Below are positions 17,901 through 27,254 of a DNA stretch of 64,000 nucleotides, piece after piece; the first letter of the stretch is position 1, and the number at the start of each line of letters is the position of its first letter. The position numbers and the translations under genes were made by a program. The notes below the pieces were generated by a model. It was not told where the DNA came from. It was given only the letters and a program-made list of their open reading frames with translations, and did not search any database. Source of the DNA: a virus (Duplodnaviria > Caudoviricetes); IMG/VR virus record IMGVR_UViG_3300005613_000060, positions 59-64,058 of that record; one strand, written 5' to 3'.

Positions 17901-20900
17901 TTATTGGTTTAAAAATGATTTTCTCAAAATAGGATCTTTATATACTTCCTCAATAAACTCTTCTTTTGTGTTAATCTCACCACTTTCTATTTTTGATTCC
18001 AGTATATTAACAGTGTTAAATGTAGAAAAGACGTTTTCTGCTTGTTGATCTAAAGTATTACCTAAAGGTAAATTATCATACTTATGTGTAGTATGTGACT
18101 CACCACCTAAATTATAAGTAAAAGTATAGTCATAGTCTCCTAAGTTAGGATCTTTTGTAAAAGTAATTTTATTATCAGGATTTACTCTATCAGTAAGTGT
18201 TACTCCTTGCTCCCCAGCAAGATCAACTGCTTGTTCTAAAATAGAAACTTTTGAAGAAGCGGCTAATGAATTTTTAAAAGTCCCATCATCTGCAATAATA
18301 CTAATTCCGTTTCTTAAAATATCATTATATTCTGTTTCAGTAAATATTCCATATTTATCAGGATCAACGCTACCCCATTTATCTAATACATCTTTATCTA
18401 TACCTATAGTCATTACTTCTTTACCAAATTTATTTTTGGCAATGCTGTTATAGGACATTTCAAATTTCATATCTTCTCCCGTACCCTTACTATAAACATA
18501 ATCCATAAGAGATTCAACAGCAGCTATTTTATCCATTTTTTCTTCAGTGTCCATATCAGCAAAATAATCAGTACCTGCAACTGTTCCTCCTTCAAAACTT
18601 ACTTCAGTATTTACACCATCAATGTTCATAGTTTTAAACTCTCGCATAAAACTATACCAGCTTTGACCACCAGCTAAAGTTGGATTTTTAGTACTTACCA
18701 TTACTGCAGATGATTCTGGTGTAAATGTGCCTGAACCTTTATCTAACTTACCAAAAGATGGCAGTAATGGATAATTACCAGCTTCTTTTGACCATACCTT
18801 ATCTGAAGCATCGCTAATATTTTTATACAGCTCTATAACTTCATTTCTTTTTCTGTTATATGCAGCTTCAGTCAACTCATTAGTTGTAGACCCAAACATT
18901 GAGGTACTAGAAAAACCAAGATTTTTCATAGTTTCATTAATAAACAATGTTCTTTCAAAATCAGGTTGATTACCTGAACCAGCTCTATAGTTTTCACCAT
19001 ATTTATTAAAATAGTATTGTCTCCAAAGTTGACCTAAATCTGGTAATCTTTGATCAAAATTTGTTTTATTTTTAAACTCTTCTTCAGATACAGAATCTAA
19101 AGCTGCATTAACTAATGTTTCTTTATCAAGGTTTGGTATATTAAGAGCTTCAACAGATTTTATAACATCTTTATTCTCATAAAATTTTTGCTTTACTTTT
19201 TCTTCTGTTTCTTTCATCCAAGCATTATGTTTATCTACTATAATACCATAACTATCAATTTGTGTCATTCTATCATTATGATCTTTTATAGAAAAAGTTT
19301 TAGGTAGAACTTGCTTGTTTTCTTTAACCCAGTTATCCCATCTTTTAGAGATATTTACAAATTCAGTTTCCATTTTAGCTTTAAACTCAGGAGTGGCCTC
19401 ACTGTACTCTTTAGTAAAATCTTCATAAGACTTACCAAAAATATCTTTTATATCATCATCTGCAATAACCTTATCTGCTTTTAATTGCTTTATAGTATAA
19501 ACCATAGGGTTTATAGCATTTTGATTAATAGCATTATAGTTATCATCCATTACAGTTTTTGAAACCTCTAGTTGATTAAGTTCTCCAGTAGCTGTTCCTT
19601 TAGACTCAAACTTTGGATAGCTTTTTGCATATTGATCATAAATTTTAAAATTACCTTCTGGATCTAAATACCCTACACCGTCTTGAATTAATTTTTTGTT
19701 ATACTCATTTTGTAATTCTTTTTGTGCTTTTGTATTATCAGCTTCTATTTTTTTATTTAAAAGAGTTTCTTGTATTCTACCTCTAGCAGCTATAGCACTC
19801 ATTGTATTAGCATGCTTTATTTCCATTACTTTATATGGATTAGCTTCTATATCTGTTTTAGCGTTCATGTATGCAAAAGTCTCTGCTGCTTCATTAAGGT
19901 CTTTATACATTAAAGAAGAAGCCATACCTGCATCTACTTTTGCTCTTAGAGATTCAATATCACCATAAGGGTTTCTGAAACCATTACTTGTAGTTGCTGT
20001 TTCTGAACCAGAACCATCTAGTTGCTCATTAAGATTACTTACTCTTGAAAGAACAGATTCAGTGATTTCTTGATTTTGTTTAAGTTGTCTTAAATCTTTT
20101 TGTGCTCCGGGTAATGCTGTACCATTTGCAATTTTTCTTTCTATTTCAGCAATTTGATTTTTAGCAACTACATTTTCATCAGATAGTTTTTGATATCTAA
20201 ACTTAGTTTGTCTTGCTAAGTTCTCATAATTCTTTTGCAAGTAATCCATTTCAGCTGCCTGAACATCTCCGTTAAATTGAGCAGCATTTGTTCTTGCATA
20301 ATCTTTTCTATTTACTCTAGACTGTACTTTATATACTGCTTGAATAGCAGGATCATTAGCAAGTTGTGCTTCAAACAATTGACTTAATGGTTTTTTTAAT
20401 ACTTCACCATTTTTATTTTTAATTACCCATCTACCATCAGGACTAAACTTGACAGTTTCAATTTGTAAGTTTGCTTGCTTAGCTATTTCTAATGCTCTTT
20501 TATTTACATTTACATATGGAGTGTAACTGACATTGCTGAACCCTAATGATTCATCATCACTAGATTCTTTAAATTCTTCTCGTGAATAGTCTAGATCTCT
20601 TACACCAGTGTCCCAGTACATTGCTCTTTGCTTTTCATCTTTAGAACTTTTTAATCCTTCAGCTTGACCTCTTTGATTCATATAGTTTTTTGTCCAAGCC
20701 ATATCTTTCATAAGATAATTATCTTCATAGAAAGGTTTAAAAAGTTGCTTAGCTTGTGTAACGTTTTGTTCTAAAGACAAATCTAAACCAGCTACTTTAG
20801 TAAGATTAAATTCTATATTTTTTAAAACTTCATCTTTTCTTTCAATATTATTTTCTCTAGTCAAATTACTATAAAAAAACTTACCATAAATATCATTTAT

Positions 20901-21026
20901 AGCTTTATAGTTTTGATCATATCTATTTTGTTTAGTCTGTAAAACTTGACTATAAAGATTAAGATTTGGTTGAAAAGGTTGAATCTCAGGTATATAATCC
21001 GTAACTCCTTGTAAATAAGTTGCCAT
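17901..21026 (-). CDS. Large virion cargo/ejection protein (helical), function unknown
   Basis: 1041-aa ORF; first of three large genes ending in the vRNAP, as in crAss-like phages. Confidence 0.6.
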   Translation of the reverse strand: MATYLQGVTDYIPEIQPFQPNLNLYSQVLQTKQNRYDQNYKAINDIYGKFFYSNLTRENNIERKDEVLKNIEFNLTKVAGLDLSLEQNVTQAKQLFKPFYEDNYLMKDMAWTKNYMNQRGQAEGLKSSKDEKQRAMYWDTGVRDLDYSREEFKESSDDESLGFSNVSYTPYVNVNKRALEIAKQANLQIETVKFSPDGRWVIKNKNGEVLKKPLSQLFEAQLANDPAIQAVYKVQSRVNRKDYARTNAAQFNGDVQAAEMDYLQKNYENLARQTKFRYQKLSDENVVAKNQIAEIERKIANGTALPGAQKDLRQLKQNQEITESVLSRVSNLNEQLDGSGSETATTSNGFRNPYGDIESLRAKVDAGMASSLMYKDLNEAAETFAYMNAKTDIEANPYKVMEIKHANTMSAIAARGRIQETLLNKKIEADNTKAQKELQNEYNKKLIQDGVGYLDPEGNFKIYDQYAKSYPKFESKGTATGELNQLEVSKTVMDDNYNAINQNAINPMVYTIKQLKADKVIADDDIKDIFGKSYEDFTKEYSEATPEFKAKMETEFVNISKRWDNWVKENKQVLPKTFSIKDHNDRMTQIDSYGIIVDKHNAWMKETEEKVKQKFYENKDVIKSVEALNIPNLDKETLVNAALDSVSEEEFKNKTNFDQRLPDLGQLWRQYYFNKYGENYRAGSGNQPDFERTLFINETMKNLGFSSTSMFGSTTNELTEAAYNRKRNEVIELYKNISDASDKVWSKEAGNYPLLPSFGKLDKGSGTFTPESSAVMVSTKNPTLAGGQSWYSFMREFKTMNIDGVNTEVSFEGGTVAGTDYFADMDTEEKMDKIAAVESLMDYVYSKGTGEDMKFEMSYNSIAKNKFGKEVMTIGIDKDVLDKWGSVDPDKYGIFTETEYNDILRNGISIIADDGTFKNSLAASSKVSILEQAVDLAGEQGVTLTDRVNPDNKITFTKDPNLGDYDYTFTYNLGGESHTTHKYDNLPLGNTLDQQAENVFSTFNTVNILESKIESGEINTKEEFIEEVYKDPILRKSFLNQ

Positions 21027-21088
21027 AGTAATTTATTTCTATAGTATAAATATATTCAAATTTTTTAAGTTTAATAAACTTTTAAAGT

Positions 21089-23557
21089 TTAATAGAACAT
21101 GAAAGGGAAAACATTAGATCCCATTACAAGACCACCTTTCTGACTATATCCTATTAATGGGTCACCTGTATAACCTTGTCCCATAGCTATTTTAGCTGCA
21201 GCAATTGCTTCTCTAGGTTCAAAATTTCTCTTCATATATTCATCTAACCAATAATTAAAGTCTGCTCCTTGTGTTGGAGTTATTGTTTTTGATGGTATAT
21301 ATTCAATACCTTGATCAGGTATAATATTATAGTTAGGTGTTTGCATATTTATAAACGCAGTGTCTAAAGCATTCTTTTGAGCATTTGCTTGTGCTAAAGC
21401 TAATTGTGCTCTAGCTTGTCTTTCTGCATTTTGTGTTTGCTGATCTGCTATAGTAATACCAGCATAGTCTTGAATTGCTTGTTGTCTATTAGCTTCTCTT
21501 TGTTTTGTTTCAACATCTGCATCTGTAAGAGCTTCCTGATTAGCAATACCTACATTTTGTGTATTGTAATTAGAAATTAAATCTGCAATAGATCCAGCTG
21601 CGGCACCTACATTTCCTGATGTTCTTACTGAAGTTGCTTGAGGACCTGTAAAAGAAGCTAAAGCTTGATTAGCAATATTTTGTTGTTCACTTATTCCTGC
21701 TGCTGCTCTTGTAGGATCTAAGTAAACTAAATCTGGAGAAACATATTCTGCTGGTGCAGACCAAGGATATGTTGTATCTATATCATAAAGATTTCTAAGA
21801 GCTAGTCCGATATTTCTTACATCAGCATTCCAATAATCTATGGGTATATTTTCTTTTACTCCTGCACCAATAGATGTTAGATCAGGTCTTTCTCCTTTTT
21901 TATCTTTTTTATCTTTTTTATCATCAGGTTTTTGTGTAGCAACTTCTTCTATTTTCTTTATACCGGGTAGGTTATAAAGCTCTGTTCCAGGTATATAAGC
22001 ACCGCGAATTGAAGTATCAACTAAAGGTCTACCTGTAAGTTCTGTATGAAAATCATTTAAAGTATCTACTACAAATGACATTGCTTTATTTTGCTTACCT
22101 TTAGCTGCAAGTTGGTCTTTTTTCCAACCTTCCACTCCTCCAGGATATTCCTCAATGATTTCTTTATGTCTATTTATAAAGTCTTCTAAACCTTTTTTAC
22201 CTGGTTGAGGTTGTCCCTCATCTGGATTATAATAAAAACCTGACTCAGGATCTATTTTCCAACCTTTACTTCTTCTTTGAGCACCAACTGTTTCACCTTG
22301 AGTATATTTATATGGATCTGCAGGATTTACAAAAGTATAACCTTTACCTTCTAATTCTTCTCTTGTAGGTTTGTCATATACATCATATTCTACACCGCTT
22401 TGAGCTTTGGGTAAATCACCTTTTATTTTAGCTTGTACATATTCAGGAAGTGCATTAAATCCTGGATTATTAAAAGATCCTCCAGCTGCGTAAAAAGGCA
22501 TACTATAACCACCCATTTCCATACCATACATAGCCATAGGCATAGCTTCTTGAGGCATCTGTTCCTGCTGCATCATAGCTTGTTGTTGCATCATAGCTTG
22601 CTGTTCTTGCATGTTGGTCATAGCAGCTTCTACTGCAACTTCTGCTTCTCCTTGAGGCATTCCTAAAGAAACAAAAGCTTGAAGAATCATATCTGGTGGA
22701 ACACCTTGAGATGTTAATTCTAAAGCAATATCATTAGGTTCTGCACCTTGATTAACCATCTGTTCAATCATAGGCATTATTTGAGCCATTGGATCTTGCT
22801 GTGGAGCTTGTTCTTGAGGTTGTTGTGTTGGTGCAGCCATTCCTGGAGGTACACCACCTTCTTGTCTCTTTAATTTTTTAGGAGCATTTCCTCCATACAT
22901 CATTTGTTCAGGACTCATTTGTGGTTCATTATTTATTCCTAAGTCTTCTTCTGTTATACCCATATGTTCCATATAAGGTTTTGAAATACTGGGTGCTCCA
23001 TCTTCAAATCCTTTTTTAGCTTCTTGAGCTAAACCTAAAGCACCTAGTTTAAGATTATAGTTCTCAATCATTCTTTTAGCGGTATCTTTAGATATTCTAT
23101 CACTATTAGGATCTTTAAGTATTTTAATATATTTATTTATATCATATTGTTTAGCTATTTCTGCAGGTGTTAAACCTTTAGTTTTTTTACCACCACCTTT
23201 ATTAAAATAAGAAAGTATATTAGGATCTTTAATTTTCATTTGATTAAAGTCACTAAAAACAAAACTTAAATCTGGAAGATTCATTGGTACACCACCTTGA
23301 GCATGTCTTGGTCCTTTAATAGTGTATTGTTGTGGAATACCTATACCAGTTAAATCAGTCATAACTGTTTCACCTCCTTCAGCTTCTAAGTTGGCTTCTT
23401 CTCTTGGTACAGCACCTATAGTTTTAGCTACGCTAATTTTATTAGATGGTTTTCTTTCCATATCTCCCATCATTGCAGGAGTGTTATACAAACCATAATT
23501 AACTTGTTGCCCTGCTCTAGCTTCAGGAAGCTTTTTGATTTTTACTTTATACTTCAT
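21089..23557 (-). CDS. Putative internal virion/cargo protein, Met/Gln-rich, with xxGG motifs
   Basis: 822 aa. N-terminal EAEGGE...GPRHAQGGVP domain, MQ-rich tract, Ala/Gln-rich helical C-terminus; located between muzzle and vRNAP genes. Confidence 0.55.
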   Translation of the reverse strand: MKYKVKIKKLPEARAGQQVNYGLYNTPAMMGDMERKPSNKISVAKTIGAVPREEANLEAEGGETVMTDLTGIGIPQQYTIKGPRHAQGGVPMNLPDLSFVFSDFNQMKIKDPNILSYFNKGGGKKTKGLTPAEIAKQYDINKYIKILKDPNSDRISKDTAKRMIENYNLKLGALGLAQEAKKGFEDGAPSISKPYMEHMGITEEDLGINNEPQMSPEQMMYGGNAPKKLKRQEGGVPPGMAAPTQQPQEQAPQQDPMAQIMPMIEQMVNQGAEPNDIALELTSQGVPPDMILQAFVSLGMPQGEAEVAVEAAMTNMQEQQAMMQQQAMMQQEQMPQEAMPMAMYGMEMGGYSMPFYAAGGSFNNPGFNALPEYVQAKIKGDLPKAQSGVEYDVYDKPTREELEGKGYTFVNPADPYKYTQGETVGAQRRSKGWKIDPESGFYYNPDEGQPQPGKKGLEDFINRHKEIIEEYPGGVEGWKKDQLAAKGKQNKAMSFVVDTLNDFHTELTGRPLVDTSIRGAYIPGTELYNLPGIKKIEEVATQKPDDKKDKKDKKGERPDLTSIGAGVKENIPIDYWNADVRNIGLALRNLYDIDTTYPWSAPAEYVSPDLVYLDPTRAAAGISEQQNIANQALASFTGPQATSVRTSGNVGAAAGSIADLISNYNTQNVGIANQEALTDADVETKQREANRQQAIQDYAGITIADQQTQNAERQARAQLALAQANAQKNALDTAFINMQTPNYNIIPDQGIEYIPSKTITPTQGADFNYWLDEYMKRNFEPREAIAAAKIAMGQGYTGDPLIGYSQKGGLVMGSNVFPFMFY

Positions 23558-23558
23558 A

Positions 23559-26500
23559 TTACAAATATTCTAGTTGACCACCGTTTCTTAAGAATTCTTC
23601 TATTTCTTCTTCAGTCATATATATTTCATCATTAATAGCACCACCTTTTTGTACTACACCTTCAAAGCCCATTCTGCCCGGTCTAAACAATCCAGAATCT
23701 ATATCGTATGTACCTTTGTCTGAAACATCCATGTTAGAATCATAAATATTAGTTCCTGTAAATTTTGTAAAATCTGGTTTTTCCATATTATTAAGAAACT
23801 TATAAGCTCCAACATTAAATAAATCTAGAGCTTTAGTAGGATCAAAAATATATGTATCTTTTTCTTTTACATCTATTTGAGCATTTATTGGTTCAGGCAT
23901 TGTTTTAGCAGTACCTTGACCTGTTCCAAATAAATCTTGTTGTCTTTCTATAGACTGAGCAGGATCCATGTAATTTATCATTCCTGCTTCTGTATTCATA
24001 ATAGGTTGTTGAGAGTAATCAGGAATAGTCATTTGACCATAATCATTACGTCTACCTGCATTTAATATAGCCTCATCTTCTTCTTCATAAGGATCAGAAG
24101 TGTATAAATTAACTGGACCCCCAGGATAATATGTTTTAACAGGAGGATTTGTAAATTGTAAAACATTTTTCATAGTTTCATTTAATTTTAAAGCATCTCT
24201 ACCTAAAGGCTCTCTACCTAAGTTATCAAAAGGTTTTTGATAATAGTTTCTTCTTTTTGGTAAATTACCGAAAATAGGCATAGGCGCTATAGGAGGAGTT
24301 TCCTGTGGAAAAGTAGATGGATCTACTAAATCTAAAATTTCTTGTCTGGAATTAGATTTTGAATCAGGAGGTGAAACATAATCTTCTGGTATATTTTTTC
24401 TAGCTTCTTTTTCTTTAAACTTTTCCCATTTTTTATCAGACATTCTATTATAACGAGTATCTTCTTTTTCTCTTAATAGTCTACCTTTAGAATCTATGTT
24501 GCTAAATGAATTATTATTATCCATAGTAATATTTTCTCTTAGGTCTTCTTTAGATGTACTTGCTGAACCAGGCATACCAAACTTTAAGCTATAAGCTTTA
24601 GGTCTTCCTCCAATAAGTCTGCTTTTTCTAACATCTATTTCAGTAAGATTTGGTAAACCTATTCTTTTACGAACTTCGTCAGGTATTCTTTCACCAGTAT
24701 TAGGATCATACATATCAGAATATTGATTCCAAGAACCTGCATATTCAAGGGGATTTAACATACCCATCATACCAAAAAGGGAACCTGCACCTGCTAAATC
24801 TCTAGCTCTTCTATTAAATAAAGGTGGAGGAAGTTGTCTACCATACATATCTCTAGGAACACCAGCATTAGTTTGTAATCCTGCTAACTGATTTTCTAAT
24901 TCTTTTATTCTTTTTTCATAATCAGTTGTTCCAGTTGCCTCACCTGTTGTTCCAGTTGCTGTATCAGAAAAGCTAGGTAAAGTAACAACAGCACCTGTTT
25001 TATCGTTAGTTATTTCACCTGTATTTGGGTTTCTACTATGAGTACTCCAAAATTCTTCTTGACTTTCTCCATCACTTTGATATTTATTTAAAGAACCTCC
25101 TCTTTCCATTATTTGATCAGAACCTCCGTAAATAAATTTAGCTAGTCCTGGGTTTCTACTATGAGTACTCCAAAATTCTTCTTGACTTTCTCCATCACTT
25201 TGATATTTATTTAAAGAACCTCCTCTTTCCATTATTTGATCAGAACCTCCGTAAATAAATTTAGCTAGTCCTGCAGAATCTAAAGTAAAAGGATTAACAG
25301 CTCCTCCAAATTGATTATGCATACCTCCTTGTTTAAAGGGTAAAACTAATTGTGTACCATCAGGAGCACTAATCATTTTTTGTCCAGGATTTAAATAACC
25401 TCTAGGTCCTGCTGGTAAACCTTTAGGTAAACCACTTGTACCTATTCTTGGTACAGCTGTACCTGGTACATTAGGAAAACCAGGAGTACCTGCAGGTAAA
25501 CGTGCTGCTCCCGCAGGTGGTGTATAAACTGCTTTACCGCTAGTAAATCCTTGACCCAAAGCTTTAGGAGAAGAAGACGGTCTACCAAGAATAAGAGAAG
25601 CAACTGCTTGATCCCAAGTTTGTCTATCTACTTCTTCGTCACCCGTAATCCAACCATATAAATCAGCAATTGTTGAACCAATACCTGCTCCCGGATAACC
25701 CATGAATGGTTGAATACCTGCTTCTTCTAAAGTAACCGCAGCATAAGGATCATACGCTAACTGAGGATTAGCTTCAAGATAGTTTTGAGCAAACTCTGGA
25801 GACATGAAGCTATTATAAAGTTTCTTTAAAGAATTACCATATCCTGAAGTTGAACCTTGTAAATTACTTATTAATCCTTTACTAACACTAGGTTCTGATT
25901 TTAGCGTGTACATACCATCTTGATACATAAAATCTGGACTTACTACCCATGTCTTTGTGTCTTCATCAAATCTTTCAACTTCACCTTTAGAATTTACTCT
26001 TATTTTTCCTTGAGATTCAGCTTTAGATTCAGCTTTAGATTCTGTTTTAACTGTAGCTTTTTTAGTTCCACTACTTTTAGTAGTTCCACTACTTTTAGTG
26101 CTTCCTGATGATTTAACTTCACCACTAGCTCTCTTTTTTGCAAGTTCTTTTAATCTTGAATTCTCACTAGTTGTTTCATTCTTTTTAGCTACTTGTTGTT
26201 TTTGAGTATCTTTAACTTCATCTTTTGTATTATTTACTTCTAAGTTAATAGCATCTTCAACAAGTTGTGGTTGATTAATATAGTCCCAATCAAACTGAAC
26301 GGAGTATTGCTTGGGTCTTCCAAATAATCCTGTTTTTCTAACATCAATATTAGCTGTTTTTAACTGAGCACCATAAGGATTAGCTTCACTATACATATAT
26401 GGGTTAGTCATACCCATATTAGAAGCTCCACCTAGTATTTGATTAAGACCTCTATTAAGCATTCTTTGAGTTCTCATTTCTTTACCTCTTCTTGCTTGAG

Positions 26501-27194
26501 GAAGCATTACATTATCATAATACTGTTCAGCTTCTTGTTTTATTTTAGCTTCGTTACTTTCTTTATTTACTGATTGTATAAAATTAGTAGCAGCATTTAA
26601 ACTTGCTTCATCAGGTTTTTGACCTTGACCTATTGCTCCTCCTTTTTTATACTCTTTTATTGCTTGCTTAACAAACTTAGATTTACTAGGTAAAGGTTGT
26701 CCACCATACATCATTTGTTCATCATTACCTTCAATATAATCATCTATAAGATCATTAGTAAACATGTCTTCATCAGCTTGAGTATCTTCCATAGCAGTTT
26801 GCATCATCTGCATTTGTCTTGCTCTTTGTGCATCTTCTTCAGCAGCTGCTCTTTCTAAAGCAGCCATTTCTTCTGCTTCTTTTTGAGCAAGTTCTGGTTG
26901 ACCTGTTTTGTCAGCCATTTCAACTTTTCTAGCTTCGTTAATATACTCTACTATAGAAGAAATAATTTGATTAGCTTTATTTTTATCTACACCGCTTTGT
27001 AGTAAACTTTTATATATATCATTAGGATCAGCATCTTGCATTAGTGCATTTTGTACATAAGCAGATATTTGCTCATCAGAAATTTCTGATTGAACTTGGG
27101 ATTGACCACCCATCTGCATCATCCATTTAGCCGTAGGATTAATATATTGACCTTTTTGTCCACCAGCTTTATATATTCTAACTCTTTTCTTCAT
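23559..27194 (-). CDS. Low-complexity putative internal virion protein with many xxGG motifs and internal repeats
   Basis: 1211 aa; about 10 xxGG motifs; 41-aa exact tandem duplication. Confidence 0.55.
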   Translation of the reverse strand: MKKRVRIYKAGGQKGQYINPTAKWMMQMGGQSQVQSEISDEQISAYVQNALMQDADPNDIYKSLLQSGVDKNKANQIISSIVEYINEARKVEMADKTGQPELAQKEAEEMAALERAAAEEDAQRARQMQMMQTAMEDTQADEDMFTNDLIDDYIEGNDEQMMYGGQPLPSKSKFVKQAIKEYKKGGAIGQGQKPDEASLNAATNFIQSVNKESNEAKIKQEAEQYYDNVMLPQARRGKEMRTQRMLNRGLNQILGGASNMGMTNPYMYSEANPYGAQLKTANIDVRKTGLFGRPKQYSVQFDWDYINQPQLVEDAINLEVNNTKDEVKDTQKQQVAKKNETTSENSRLKELAKKRASGEVKSSGSTKSSGTTKSSGTKKATVKTESKAESKAESQGKIRVNSKGEVERFDEDTKTWVVSPDFMYQDGMYTLKSEPSVSKGLISNLQGSTSGYGNSLKKLYNSFMSPEFAQNYLEANPQLAYDPYAAVTLEEAGIQPFMGYPGAGIGSTIADLYGWITGDEEVDRQTWDQAVASLILGRPSSSPKALGQGFTSGKAVYTPPAGAARLPAGTPGFPNVPGTAVPRIGTSGLPKGLPAGPRGYLNPGQKMISAPDGTQLVLPFKQGGMHNQFGGAVNPFTLDSAGLAKFIYGGSDQIMERGGSLNKYQSDGESQEEFWSTHSRNPGLAKFIYGGSDQIMERGGSLNKYQSDGESQEEFWSTHSRNPNTGEITNDKTGAVVTLPSFSDTATGTTGEATGTTDYEKRIKELENQLAGLQTNAGVPRDMYGRQLPPPLFNRRARDLAGAGSLFGMMGMLNPLEYAGSWNQYSDMYDPNTGERIPDEVRKRIGLPNLTEIDVRKSRLIGGRPKAYSLKFGMPGSASTSKEDLRENITMDNNNSFSNIDSKGRLLREKEDTRYNRMSDKKWEKFKEKEARKNIPEDYVSPPDSKSNSRQEILDLVDPSTFPQETPPIAPMPIFGNLPKRRNYYQKPFDNLGREPLGRDALKLNETMKNVLQFTNPPVKTYYPGGPVNLYTSDPYEEEDEAILNAGRRNDYGQMTIPDYSQQPIMNTEAGMINYMDPAQSIERQQDLFGTGQGTAKTMPEPINAQIDVKEKDTYIFDPTKALDLFNVGAYKFLNNMEKPDFTKFTGTNIYDSNMDVSDKGTYDIDSGLFRPGRMGFEGVVQKGGAINDEIYMTEEEIEEFLRNGGQLEYL
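25026..25273. repeat. Perfect in-frame 123-bp tandem duplication (2 copies)
   Basis: Period 123 nt (gggtttctactatg at 25027 and 25150); encodes GLAKFIYGGSDQIMERGGSLNKYQSDGESQEEFWSTHSRNP twice. Confidence 0.95.
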
Positions 27195-27254
27195 AATAGT
27201 TTATATTATAATACAATATACTAAATTTTAAGTTATTAGTTAAACTTATTTAGT

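Noticed and set aside
26015-26110. Short tandem repeats (ESKAESKA, SSGTTKSSGT)
   Set aside because: Low-complexity linker slippage with no further structure.
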